Positions 40,637-53,527 are shown, numbered from the whole stretch's first letter. The stretch is 63,963 nucleotides of DNA, filler included, from Reticulomyxa filosa (GCA_000512085.1; 14 parts of 14 records of this genome joined end to end with filler, not necessarily neighbours in it), one strand, 5' to 3'. Notes: generated from the letters alone by a model not told the origin. Numbers and translations: made by a program.

Positions 40637-42302
40637 ATGGCGAACTGGAGAGCAAAGAATGCCGAAGATTTTAACGAATCAAAACGTTATAAACGAAGAA
40701 GAGTCCATGGATCAAGTTCTCTGAATTATTACAGTCAACAGAGACAAACCAAAGACCGTCGAAAAAGATATCATTACTTTGGATTTGAAGAAAATGAAAA
40801 CGCACGTATTTATAACCCAAGCCAAAACAATCACAGATCTTTTTATCAAAGAGATTTTGATGCTTATCAGCACACTTCGAATTTTCGTGGCAACAAAAAA
40901 TGGTCAAACAATAATTACAAGTACTACGGTAGAGTTTACAACAGCAGAAATTTTAATCAAATGCAAAGCCATAATTATCAGAACAACAGACATTACCAAG
41001 TACAATTCACACAAACAATGAACCAAAGTGTTTATCAATATCAAAGCATAAATCGACAAAATAAATACAATAGCTGTTATGGTAAGGATGCATTTTGGAG
41101 GAAAAAACAAAGACAAAGGAATTGGAATAGATCTTATGACCATTATCGAAAGTCATTGTATTCGGTAACTATAAAAAAAAAAGTGAAAAATATCAAATGG
41201 TTACTTTTTTCACAAAGAATTATAAAACAAACAAACAAAAAAAAAAATAGACAGAACAAAAAGCAAATCTGATAATAGAAAAATGGATTCGATTTTCGAA
41301 AATTAAAAGAGGATGGATTAAAGACTTTAACAAAATTATCGCAAAATATGTTACGTCCCTTAATTTTTTTTTTAATAAAGTTTTTTTGTTATTAACAAAA
41401 AATATTCCAAAATATAGACCAAACATTTTCAGTTACTAAGAACTTTAAAAGGACATGACAAAACAATAAACGATGTAAAATTCTCAGCAGATGGTCGTAT
41501 GATCATCTCATCATCGGACGATACAACAGTTCGAATATGGGATATTGCATCTGGACAACAAATTCAAACTTTCAATGGGCATTCTGAATTCATCAATTGT
41601 GCAGAATTTTCACCCGATGGAATTACTATCGTTTCCTGTTCGTGGGATAAAACAATTCGATTGTGGAATAGAATATCAGGATGTGAAATACAAAAATTGG
41701 GAGGACATTTAGGTACGATATATGGAGTAACATTTTCTCCAGATGGTAAAAATATTGCATCATGTTCATCTGATAAAACAATAAAATTATGGGATGTACA
41801 ATCTGGAAAAGTGATTCAACAATTGATTGGTCATTTTTCTATTGTGTTTAATGTACAATTTTCTCCAGATGGTCAAATGATTATATCATCGTCTGCGGAC
41901 GATACAATCTGTTTATGGGATGTGAAATCAGGCAACAAATTGAAAGAACTAAAAGGACATTCTAATTATATAAGATGCATACACTTTTCTTCAGATGGCA
42001 AATTCATTGTATCTGGCTCACATGATAGAACGATTCGAATATGGGATGTAGGAACAGGAAAAGAAGTAATGACATTAGAAGGACATTTAGATATGGTAAG
42101 AGGTGTGAAATATTTTCCAGATGGACAAAATATTATGTCTTGTTCTAGGGATAGAACAATTCGATTATGGGATGTAAAAACAGGACAAGAAATACAACAA
42201 TTAAAAGGACATGTTGGTTCAATAACAGGTATTGATATATCACCAGATGGAAATATTGTTGTATCTTGTTCTTCTGATGCAACAATTAGAATATGGGGAT
42301 AG
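40637..42302 (+). CDS. WD40 repeat protein with N/Q/Y/R-rich N-terminus and W/GWI module
   Basis: Exons 40637-41164, 41251-41349 and 41418-42302; seven GH...FSPDG...S.D.TIRLWD repeats. Confidence 0.92.
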
Positions 42303-43101
42303 CAAGACCTAATTCAAATGGAAATAAATATCTTTTTTTCTTTTTTTGGAAATTCAAAATTGGATGAATATAGTTTCTAAAGGAGTATAATGTGATAGAA
42401 ATTTTCCATTATAACGCAAGCACCTTTTTAAAAATATATTTCATAGAACTCAACTTTCACCAAAAAAAAAATCCAATTGGCAGTTCTTGTATTTTTTGTT
42501 TTTTCAAATATTTACACATTTTGCTGATTTATTTTGGATGTGTTTTAATTTACCTTAATTTATTTCATATTACAAAACGAATAGAGTGATTTTAAAATAA
42601 ACTGTGCTGTTGCTTATCTTTAAATAATTATTTATAATCTCTTCAATTTCAATATAAAAGGAAAAATCTTACAAGCACATTTTTTGAAGATTGTCTGTGT
42701 TTGATTATTGAAAAGTTCATAAATAACATCTAATTCTTATTTGTACCACCATGTAAGATTTAAAAAACGCAAATAAATTTGCTTATTAGCAGCTTTGATT
42801 CAAATTAAGACGAAGTAATAATTTTGACAAAATTGCTTCAGATTTGTTAAGAACTTGAATTACGATAAGACCAATTTTTTCATTATTTTTAAAAATATAA
42901 ACATAAAAAAAAGTTAATTTACACCACTTTGCACGAAAAAGTGGGATATTTTTTCAAAAAAAAAAGACAATTAGAAGACAAGAAAACAAATGTCATTGTT
43001 ACAATGGATTTCAATATATATATAAAATATAAATATGTAGATGTATATTTCCTTTTGTTTCCCTTCTGTTATATCAGAAACAAATCCTTGCACCAACTTG
43101 T

Positions 43102-43884
43102 TTACTGCAAAGTGTTTCCAGAAGTGATATTTTCCGGTACAATTATATCGTAGTTATCAGCTGTTTCATAATCTCCCTCCAAATTCTTAATAGTAAAAGG
43201 GTGAAATAGTTTTGTACTATTTTCATGTCCCTCCTTTTCTTCCTCCTGTTCGTCTTTCTTTTTAAAATCATGGTCATAGTTGTTGATATCATTTTCTTTT
43301 TCATACGGTGTTGGAAAATGGTTATTGGGCGTGATACCCTCAGGAGTAGTTTTGAAGACGGCAGGTTGAGGGGGAAGGGATAAGTCGTCGGCGGTTTTGA
43401 GAGCTCCAGGTTGTTCTTCAACAGCAATAGCTACAGTAGTCGTCCTTTGTAGGCTTAGATTGGCGTCTTGCTCGTTTTCGTCAGACAAGCTGGAAAAGAT
43501 GTCGGAAATGGAGAGGATGTTACCGCGTAGATGAGGTGGAATATTTGTTTCGGGACCTCCGTCTGTGTTCCCTGCTGTGATACCAGACATGCGAATTCCC
43601 ATTCGAACATTGGAGCCAGTGTGCACTGGCTCTTGTTCTTTCAGTCGCTCTGCTTTTTGTCGGAAGTCGTTTCCAAGGATGAGCTTTGGATTGTTCAGGA
43701 ATTGACTCCGCATTGAAGGATATTCCTCTATCACCAAAAATACCCATCGAACCTGCTCTCTTTGGAAGTCGCTTACTTTCCACTCTTTCTTCAGTTCCTC
43801 CGCCGCCAATCTCGACCACTCTTGCACATTTAACTTCGACATTACATGTATGTCTTCATCTGTGTCCAAGTTTTGAATTTGCAT
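43102..43884 (-). CDS. Hypothetical protein, C-terminal exon(s)
   Basis: 260-codon ORF preceded by an acceptor-like site, with upstream exon-like sequence near 43945-44010; no family recognised. Confidence 0.5.
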   Translation of the reverse strand: MQIQNLDTDEDIHVMSKLNVQEWSRLAAEELKKEWKVSDFQREQVRWVFLVIEEYPSMRSQFLNNPKLILGNDFRQKAERLKEQEPVHTGSNVRMGIRMSGITAGNTDGGPETNIPPHLRGNILSISDIFSSLSDENEQDANLSLQRTTTVAIAVEEQPGALKTADDLSLPPQPAVFKTTPEGITPNNHFPTPYEKENDINNYDHDFKKKDEQEEEKEGHENSTKLFHPFTIKNLEGDYETADNYDIIVPENITSGNTLQ

Positions 43885-44163
43885 TTTACAGTCTCATTCA
43901 CAAAACAAAACAAAAACCAGACTTCAATTTGCACTAAACTTATTTCTGTATTGCCAAGATCTTTCTTGTACTAATCAACACACAACATCATCACCAAGTC
44001 ATATACACTTGGGGGGGGAGGGGAGAATAAATATGTATATATAAAAGAAAAAACGAACTTTTTNNNNNNNNNNNNNNNNNNNNNNNNNNNNNNNNNNNNN
44101 NNNNNNNTTAATTAATTAANNNNNNNNNNNNNNNNNNNNNNNNNNNNNNNNNNNNNNNNNNNN

Positions 44164-44602
44164 GTATACAAAAGCGTTTGCGTGATTCCTAAAAAAAAAA
44201 AAAGGAGGAATTTGGAACAGAAATTGCATTAGAACATTCCGATGTTATATACTTTGGCGACTTTTTCCGAGATGACATATTGGACAAAGATACCGACGAA
44301 TTGATTGAAGTTGCACCAAAAATTTATGAGCTAGTGCCGTCGTTGTTAACCGCGCAAGAGCGTGTAGACATGTTTTTGGGCAAGTACAACAATGAGCCAA
44401 AATTGAAGTCCATGCCACTGGTGCTGTTCAGCGACGCTGTCAAACATTTGCTGCGGATTTGCAGAGTACTATCAATGCCAAGGGGACACTTGCTATTTGT
44501 TGGTATTGGTGGTTCCGGACGTCAATCATTGACCAAATTGGCAGCATACATTTGCCGTCACGAATGCAAGCAAATCGCTTTGGTATAGTTTCCTTGTGTA
44601 TT

Positions 44603-44637
<35 letters not shown>

Positions 44638-45135
44638 TTAAAAGTTGGTTTTATATGTTGTGCATATAGACCCGCACGTATAAAACATCTGACTTATTAG
44701 AAGATTTCAAGCAAATGTTTATTCAATGCGGAAGGTATGGCAAAAAGGTCACATTTTTTGATCACCGATAGCGATATCATAAACGAAGACTTTTTGGAGT
44801 ATATTAACATGGTGTTGGCAACAGGTATGATTGCTGGTTTGTTCTTGAAAGAAGAAAGAGACATGATGGCAGCGGAGATACGTCCCATTGCCAAAAAAGA
44901 ATTGGCTGACTTTGATGACAGTCATGACACCTTAGTCAAGTTTTTGCTGTCTCGCATTCGAGAAAACTTCCATATCGTGTTGGCCTTTTCCCCAGCAAAC
45001 CCCAAGTTTGCTGAGCGGGCACGTAAATTTCCTGCTCTCATTAGTGGTTGTACGATTGACTGGTTCTTGCGATGGCCCGTCGATGCACTTCAAAGCGTAT
45101 CCAGAAAGTTTATTGAAGGGGACCCCCAATTCGAG
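44164..45135 (+). CDS. Axonemal dynein heavy chain (outer-arm gamma/DNAH5-DNAH8-like), AAA4 region fragment
   Basis: LVLFSDAVKHLLRICRVL..PRGHLLFVGIGGSGRQSLTKLAAYI; FLITDSDIINEDFLEYIN; RARKFPALISGCTIDWFLRWPVDAL. Confidence 0.92.
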
Positions 45136-45325
45136 GTATGTCATATAGATAACTGGAAAAAAAAAAAAATTACCTTTCTTTTGATTTTATTTGTTTTATT
45201 ATTGGAAAAAAAAAAAAAAAAAAAANNNNNNNNNNNNNNNNNNNNNNNNNNNNNNNNNNNNNNNNNNNNTTAATTAATTAANNNNNNNNNNNNNNNNNNN
45301 NNNNNNNNNNNNNNNNNNNNNNNNN

Positions 45326-45363
<38 letters not shown>

Positions 45364-45431
45364 ATTCCTTCCTTAAACATTTGCTAACATCCAGACAAAA
45401 AGAAAGAAAGGAAAAAAAAAAAAAAAAAACG

Positions 45432-45620
45432 CAACGGGATGTCACCACCATCTTTGATGAGTTTGAAGTCATTAAATGGCATTCGTTGCAAATCTGGATA
45501 CTTTGTGTCGCGATATGCAACGTACACTTGGCTGAGGTCTATTCCCAAGTCGCTGTCGTGGGTCAAGCGCATCAGGATATCTTTTAATGTTCGTAATTTT
45601 ACTTTTTCTGTTGACGCCAT
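45432..45620 (-). CDS. MJ1316-like (RNA cyclic-phosphate end recognition) domain protein, first exon
   Basis: KLRTLKDILMRLTHD...VYVAYRDTKYPDLQRMPFNDF...GDIP resembles the MJ1316/LENG9 pattern (LRT..D.L.R..WD...VGY.DR...IP.HR); the rest is lost after an intron and the linker. Confidence 0.6.
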
Positions 45621-45992
45621 CTTTTTTGTTATTATTTGCTGCTAACTGAAAAAATTTAAACAAATTTTGAGTTTTTACAAACAAGTACCAAAAAAAAGTT
45701 TGAACTAGGCTCCCGTTGTATTTTTTCTTGTAAATCACGTGCCAAACGTATACAGTAAGTCAAAGTTCTTCCAAGAGCTTAAAGCTCGAATCGTGTGATA
45801 GGAATCAATTTTTGTCTTAGAGCTTGCATTGACAAAAATAACAAAACGTAGTAGCGTAATGCACAAAGTAAAAAAAAAACAGAATAAATGCAATTAAATG
45901 GACGGTTTGCTAAACCCAAATATGTTTTTGTGTGCACTTATGCAAAAAACTGAACGGAAAGTGGTCATTATTATTTAACTCATAAATATATC

Positions 45993-46670
45993 ATGTCAGC
46001 AGCAGCGTCAGCATACGTAGTCTTTCAAAACAAACGTTTTGCAGTGGCATCAAAATATAATGCAGTACCATTGACAATGGTGCTGCGCGAAGCTTGCAGT
46101 CATTTTCACATAAATAGCGCTGATCACACATTAGCAAATGCGGACGGCAAGGCATTAGAGATGATGAAAACGATGCGACAAGCAGGAATACCTCCCCGTG
46201 GACTAATGAAACTGATCCGCAAGCCAGCAGGTACATCTGCAACATCAATAGCACCAACGCAAAAAGAAAGCACAAATAATAAAACCGGGGTATCCGCATC
46301 CTCGCAATTGCAACAAGAGCAAGAACACAAGGCACAAAATAAAGAAATAAAGACATATACAATAGCGTTGGACATAATAGCAAGCAATGAATTGCCGACA
46401 ACAAACAGCAGCAACGAGAACAATAAGCGGCCAAAGCGACTAGTAGACAAAGTCCCCGCGGACTATTCTATTTGGCAAACGTTGGAACATTTTGAACAAA
46501 AGCATCAAAGCGACTTGAAATTGAACTTAACCCAAAGGTACATTGGACATGATAACGAACATGCAAATGACGAACAACAACAACAACAACAACAACAACA
46601 ATCATCCACATCCCTCCATACTATTATAAAAGGGTATTTTCAACCAGTTGTACAATTCATGAATTCTCGA
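45993..46670 (+). CDS. TUG/ASPSCR1/Ubx4-like protein, N-terminal ubiquitin-like domain (3' truncated)
   Basis: PLTMVLREACSHFHINSADHTL...ALEMMKTMRQAGIPPRGLMKL resembles TUG-UBL1; a second UBL-like segment follows (IALD...RLVDKVPADYSIWQTLEHF...QPVVQFMN). Confidence 0.65.
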
Positions 46671-46922
46671 GTTATTTCCAACAAACAAGCAATCAAATGA
46701 ATAGTCATCATTTTTTATTTTTTTTTTTCTTCTAAGTGAACTTTTTCCTTACTTTTTTTTTTTTATTTTTTNNNNNNNNNNNNNNNNNNNNNNNNNNNNN
46801 NNNNNNNNNNNNNNNTTAATTAATTAANNNNNNNNNNNNNNNNNNNNNNNNNNNNNNNNNNNNNNNNNNNNAAAAAAAAAAAATAATCGAGTTAATTAAT
46901 TACTGTTTTCATTCGCAATATT

Positions 46923-48740
46923 TTATGTAATTGGCAACGTTCCTTTTCGAAGAGCTTGTACCGCAACTTGCAATGTCCCTGTGAAGGAGATGTACAATTC
47001 ATTTGTTTTGCTTTTCTTTTTCATTGTAAAGAAACAAAACAAACTGAAAGAAGAGCCAGCTTCTGTTAATTCAATTTCTTCATCCAGAAAAATGTCAATG
47101 AACGCAATCTCGGAGTGAACAAGAGAGAGTTGACTTTTGATTAAACAATAGGCAAATAATGGTATCATATCATCTCCGCCTCTGTATATGTATACATATG
47201 TATGTATAATTTATTACGTAAGAATTATCTTATGTGATGTTTTTTTTTTTTTAACACATTAAACAATAGTATGGATTTACTACATGAGCACTTGTTTCAA
47301 TGCCGAATTGGATGGCTTATTACCATTTGGCGAGAAAGGCGCACGTGCAAGATTGTTCTGTGGATCATTGTCACTGACGTCACTGGATACACTGAGCAAA
47401 GAAACATTGACATCTTCCATTTCAAAACCGCCATGTGTTCGAAGGTCGGTTTTCTTGTTTTGTGTCGGCGGTCTTGAAATTTTTATTTTTTATTTTTTGC
47501 ACATTTGTATATGGTTATACGTACAACGGAAGTGTGCGTATGTGTGTATGTACATATATATGTATATATGTATATATGTATATAATTTAAAAGACAGTTA
47601 CATGTTAACATCTCCTGGAAACAATGGGAGTGCTTTATCTTCGGAAATTGGATCAATCAAGTCGAGAGTGTCTGCGTCGCATGTATCGTGGATGGGCTCG
47701 CACGTTGATTGTGCAGTCAAATGTTTGTGGTATCGATATTCGTCGATGCATGTGATAAGGCTCTCTTTGAACTTCAACAAACACTCAATTTTCTCCAAGG
47801 GGTCCCTCTGGTTCTTCCACGCATACAGTCTAAGTAGTTTGTATTATTCAATTTCATATTATCTACTGAACACAAAACAATCAAAAAAAAAAAAGCAAAC
47901 TGATCAAGGCAAGGTTGCAGTACTGATAATGTGATCGGTTTTTGCATTGACGACGGTGGGATTGTGTGATTGTCTAGTGTTTATAACAATACATATACAT
48001 ATACATATATGTATACGTGTGAAACAGATTATAAAATGGCAGACGTATACTAAGGATTGCACCATGCAAAATCCTGGAGTACATCTCTACCGCTCCAAAA
48101 AAAAAAAAAAAGACCTTTTTGGGAATGTGTCGATATTGTGTCGGAGAGATCATGGACGAAGGGAGCAATTTGACCTTGTTCTTGTGACAACGGGGAAAAT
48201 GGGGAAGCCTCGTCTTCATCGACTTGCAAAGGCGCAGGGAGACCATAGTCCTTTATTTGACAGCTTGCAAATCGCTTGGCTAACGTTTGGAACAGAGCGT
48301 CGTTTTTCCCGTGGATATTTTGCAGCAACATAAAGAAAATGTCGTACACTGAGTCTGCAAATACACGCCGACAAAGATGTCTTCGAACCAGCGACTGCAA
48401 CAACGATTGGAACTTTGGATGAGTCGATGATTTCTTCGTTTGCGCATCGAAACTTGGATTGGACTTTGCGCTGGAACTTTGTTCGTTGTCTCCTTTTTTG
48501 ATTTTGTCTATATCTTTATCATTATCTTTCTCTTTTTCTCGTCTTTGTTTTGGTCATTGTGACTCCAATTGGAATTCGAATGACTGCGGAGATGGCTCTC
48601 CATTTCATTTCTCTTAGGTAGCAGTACTGCCATCAATGACCGCTGCGCTAAAAATAAAAAGCACTTGACGTCTTCGACACATAAGCGAAGCACGTTTTTC
48701 ACTGGCTCTAGTTCCCAAGCTTTAATATCATAGTCGGGCC
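46923..48740 (-). CDS. VPS9-domain Rab5 GEF, C-terminal part (multi-exon)
   Basis: PMEKIECLLKFKESLI and GDDMIPLFAYCLIKSQLSLVHSEIAFIDIFL...EAG...TLQVAV (VPS9 motif). Confidence 0.85.
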
Positions 48741-48896
48741 TTGCAAAAAAAAAAAAAAAAAAAAAAAACAATGACCTTTTTTNNNNNNNNNNNNNNNNNN
48801 NNNNNNNNNNNNNNNNNNNNNNNNNNTTAATTAATTAANNNNNNNNNNNNNNNNNNNNNNNNNNNNNNNNNNNNNNNNNNNNAAAAAAAAAAAAAG

Positions 48897-49228
48897 CAAT
48901 GTGTCCCGGATGTCGAGTTCCAGTGTCCAAGACAGAGGGGTGCAATCATATGACCCATTTGAATTGTCCGCATCCAAATGACACGTGGACGCGTAGCACG
49001 CATTTTTGCTACTGCTGTTCCACACTGTTGTATGGTCCTCATCACAATTTGGAAGCCGATCAAACTCTTCATTTTCCCAACGGAGTCTTTGAAAAGTGTC
49101 GACATGCTATTGCTGGCAAACCAAGGGTCGTCTCGTTTCGTGACACCAATACCACCAACTCTGCTTCTTCTCTTTGTCGCTGTACTTGTTGCAGTGGCTG
49201 GAGTTACTTGTTCTGTCAACGTGAGTAG
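48897..49228 (+). CDS. RBR-family E3 ligase, RING2 (Rcat) C-terminal exon
   Basis: CPGCRVPVSKTEGCNHMT...HFCYCC. Confidence 0.8.
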
Positions 49229-49919
49229 ATCCTTTTTTTTTCTCTCTCTGTCTTGTGTTCAACGCTTAATTTATGTATATGAAATCATTCAATTTAGTTT
49301 ATTAACCTTTTTCTGCGCAGAACAAACAAGCTTTCTCATTTAGATTTTCTTCTTATCTTATCTTAGCATAAACTCGAATTTTCAACATGAAAATGGATTA
49401 GAAAAATGGAGTGGCAAACTTTCGAAAAACAAAACATAATCATAGGACGATAACATAGATTATTTATTTGTTTTGTAAGGGCTTTCACACTTATCAATTG
49501 TGTGAATGACAACTTATAGTTGATTGTTTTTTTTCTTGCAAGTTATACATTAGATGGACTTTTGTTTTCAACCTGTTTTTGCAAGGAAAAAAAAAAAAGC
49601 ACTGCGGTTCAAAAAAAAGTGCAGGACATTGCATAAACTATTCATAATGACAGCAGAGCCGAAGCAAACACCAGATCAAGTATTTTTTCAAAAAAAAAGC
49701 ATTTGCTTTATTGACAGCCAAATTTTTCTGAAGAGTCTTGAGAAACTTTTTTTTTAACAAAAAGAAGAGTGCTAATTTATAGAGGATTGTGGTTGGCATT
49801 GCTTTTGTTCACATTGCAAACTAGGCGAACCCACAAGTTGGACCATTGACCGATGAGGATCGGTTAACGGAATTGGTGTGTAATTAAGAGAAAAAAAAAA
49901 ACAAAGTAGCATATCTCTA

Positions 49920-50900
49920 AACGATAAAAACAAAAATGGCGTACCCCTCCAACAAAAAAAAATTACATTGAAAAATCTGAACAGAGCAAGGACAAACTCG
50001 ACACTCAATTCCAATGGAATATTTCAGGTATTGTTTTGATATCATTTGAAATGTATTTGTTTTTGTATAATAATAAATAATAAATAATAAATAATAAGAA
50101 TAATAAATAATGAATAGCTCCTGAGTATGTTGAAGATGAAGAAGAGAAGCAACCGACGCAAGTAGCGTCAACCGAGCCAGCGACAGAAAAGTATCAACCG
50201 TACGAAAAGTCAGACGTACAGGAAACAGAGCCATACGGAGGAAAAGACTTTCTCTTTGACGAGGAAGGCGCATTACCTTCGTCTGCACATGCACACGTGC
50301 ACATGCAATCATATACATATTCACCTTCACAGTCGTATGCACCTTCGCAGTCATATGCACCTTCACAGTCATATGCACCTTCACAGTCATATGCACCTTC
50401 GCAGTCGCGCCCGTATTTCCATTCCTCGCTGCACACGCAGTCGCACCCATACCCCCTCGCCCGTCCCTTTGCGCTTCCGCCGAACAGAGCGTCAAGTAGT
50501 AGTAGATATAACCTATCTGCGTTGATGTCGTTGGACGCGCCCTTGTCTTGCGTGTCAGTGCCCAAGCCAAGAAGAGAAGGAAGAAGGAGAGGAAGAGTAG
50601 GAGGAGTAGGAGTGGAAGAGGAGAGAAGAAAAAAAGCAGGAGTAAAAGGACAGTTATTCGGTCGCAATCGTTCATTGCCGGCGTCGAACATTGCAGCAAA
50701 CCTCAATACAAATCGGAAGCAAAACTTCAGTCGAGGCCGGCCGTTGTTAAAGTGGGTTTGCAAAAGTCGTACTTTTTGAAGTCGTCTTCGCCCCCGCCTT
50801 TGAGGTCTCAGTCATCGGCGCTCCTCCCTCGTGAAAAGGCCTTTCACTTGGTCCCACTCAAGTCTTTAGGTTTGCATTGTCTTTTTGTGTTTGATTACAC

Positions 50901-50935
<35 letters not shown>

Positions 50936-52535
50936 CAATCGTCTCTTTTTTTTTTTTTGTTTGTTTGCTTGTTTAAATGTAAATAAAAAAGGGGGAAGAG
51001 ATGGAAGTGGACGACGACATCTTCTCAGATTGAGACAAGTTTGGTTTAAGTTTTTCTTGTATGTATTGTGTGTATGTGTGTGTGTGTGTGTTTGATGACA
51101 TGCTATGAAAAGTCCATAACATTCCCTCTCCCTTCTCATAACCTTGCACGAAAAGGAACGCCGACATAAAAGTGTTGGACGGACACTGCGAAGCGACAGA
51201 CGGCAAATGGGAAAGAGACAAGGCAGCAAGACGAGAGAGCAGGTGGAGGAGCAAACACGTAAGGCGACGGAGTTGCAACAGGAGCTGGAGAAGAAGCGAG
51301 CTGCCAATGAGGTACAACACAAAGAACTTGCGCAAATGCAAAAAGATTGGGACGAGGGTGCCAAGCAACTCGTCCTTTCACTTTCACATCCCAGTTTCGA
51401 TTCCAATTCCAATTCCAATTCCAATTCCAGTTCCGATCTCGAGTCCTTGTTGGCCAAAATTCAACAACTTTGCGACACGCAAGCCGAAATTGACGCATGG
51501 CGACATACAAACGAAATGCTGCAGCTTTCCATTGATGTGCAGCAACAATATGCTCAAAAAAAAGAGCAAAGCTGGAATAAAAAAATTGACGTTTTGTCTT
51601 TTTTTTTTTTTTTTTTGCGAGATTGATGCACCTCTGTTAAGAGGAGGAAGGAAACAGGGGAGGGGAGGGGGAAAGATTATAAATAATTTTTTTTTTTGCA
51701 ACTCCAAAAAAAAAAAAAAAAAAAGGTGGAAAAGAAGGTCAGTGAACAAATGCACCGATACAACAAAGAAATCCAACAACAACTGTCAACATTGGAATTA
51801 AACGAAAAAAAACTAAAAGACTTGAAGCAGAACAAAAAAGAGGATGAAAAGGAAGAAAAGGAAAGAATACCAAAAATAATAATAACAACAACAACAACGA
51901 CAACGACAACAACAACGACAGCGACAACAAAAAAGAAACAGAAGAAACAAGGTGATAACGCTGATGACAATGACGACGACTATCCGTCTGAATCAGTCGC
52001 CGTGGAAAACTTGTTGCAGAGACAAGTCGAGTTTTATTTGAGCGACTGCAATCTGCAACGCGATAAAAGACTCCTCGAAAGGGTCATGAAACAAGGCGGA
52101 GGATTTCTCCATTTGGACGATGTCTTAAAGCTGACCAGAGTTCGTTCACTCTGCTCCGATAAAGCGCAATTGATCGCCGCCATCAAAAAATCCAAGCTTT
52201 TGATTTTAAAAGACGACATGTTTATATAAATTTTTTTTTTTTTTTGTATTAATGCTATTTTTATGTGTATGTTGACTTTTTTTTAAAAAAAAAAAAAAAA
52301 AAAAGGGTGGGTCGCAAGAACTTTGAACCGCGCGAACAAGACTTTCCATTTCGTCGCACAGTGTTTGTTTTTGGAATCCCTGCTGATGCAGACGACGCGT
52401 TTTTGCGCAGAATGCTGTCTCCATTTGGAGTAATCAAAAAAGTGCAATTCGATCAAGGCCCTGACTGTACGGAGCGAATTACCGCAAAAACGCTTTTAGC
52501 AAAGCGACGCGTTTATCAAGTTTTGTGTCCTTTTG

Positions 52536-52581
<46 letters not shown>

Positions 52582-53527
52582 GGATGGACTCTTGTTTTGC
52601 AACGAATTTTGTGTGCATATACATATTTAGCTGTTGGATCCGATGACACACGTGCCAATGCGCTTTGCTACAGAACACATGATGCCGGACGCCATTTGCC
52701 GCGAGTGCAAAAAAAAGAAACTAGTGAAAGAAGGCTTCTATGTGACCGAACATTGGAAGTATATCTGTTGCTCCCATTGTGCGGCTAAACTTGCTGATAA
52801 TCAACAAAATCTACCCACAGTTTAATTAAATACATAAATAAAAGAAATGTGTATAGGTATATACGTATATGATGTACACATTTATTTATAAATGACAGTA
52901 CTTGAATGAAGCACCTAGCGATTTGGACACACGCAAGACTGCTCTGGCTGTATTTGAGTCACAACGTCAAGCATCCAAATGTATTTACACACGTGCCCGA
53001 ATCGCTTTTGAAGGTGCGTTTGCCACTCACCTGCACTACTTTTCCAAAGCCAAAAAGAGCTCGACACAAGCCGTCCACTCTGGCGGTGAAGGTGGAAATG
53101 GAAGTACGCTTGCTCCGTCCTTGAGCACTCCCAATGCCCTACCTCAAAGTAGTCTGCCAAAGACACAAAAATCAAAAGAGGTTGTTTCGATTCATCAGAT
53201 TAATCCTGCTTCCGCGTCTCTCAATCCGAAATTTTCGCGCTCACAAGTTTTTTTTTTTTTTTTTTTTTGCTTCCTTCTTTTTTGCTCCTTACATTTACAA
53301 AAAAATTTTTAAAATTGTAACAGAAACTTCCTAAAAAATCATTGCCACCTGCAACCAATCAACAAAAGATATCTCGACCAATCCCAAAATATGGACATTT
53401 GGAAACAGCGAGAATGAGACCGCCACAGTCTTATCTCACACAACCTGGTCATCAACATCCCTCTTATCAATCTGCTCCCAGCTATCCACCATTTATGCAG
53501 CAAAAATCTGCTCCTGGAGGATTTTGA
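49920..53527 (+). CDS. La-related RNA-binding protein: low-complexity N-terminus, coiled coil, La motif, RRM with inserted Cys4 module
   Basis: La motif LLQRQVEFYLSDCNLQRDKRL...GFLHLDDVLKLTRVRSL; RRM RTVFVFGIP...TALAVFESQRQA. Frame-compatible introns 51591-51725, 52220-52305, 52520-52630 and 52820-52898. Linkage of the 5' exons (49920-51140) is less certain. Confidence 0.75.
50318..50407 (+). repeat. 5 x 18-bp coding tandem repeat (YSPSQS/YAPSQS)
   Basis: tatgcaccttcacagtca-type units. Confidence 0.9.

Noticed and set aside
49917-50763. Minus-strand ORFs with CEGAYD or TVKVHM repeats
   Set aside because: They are antisense shadows of the plus-strand YAPSQS repeat exon.
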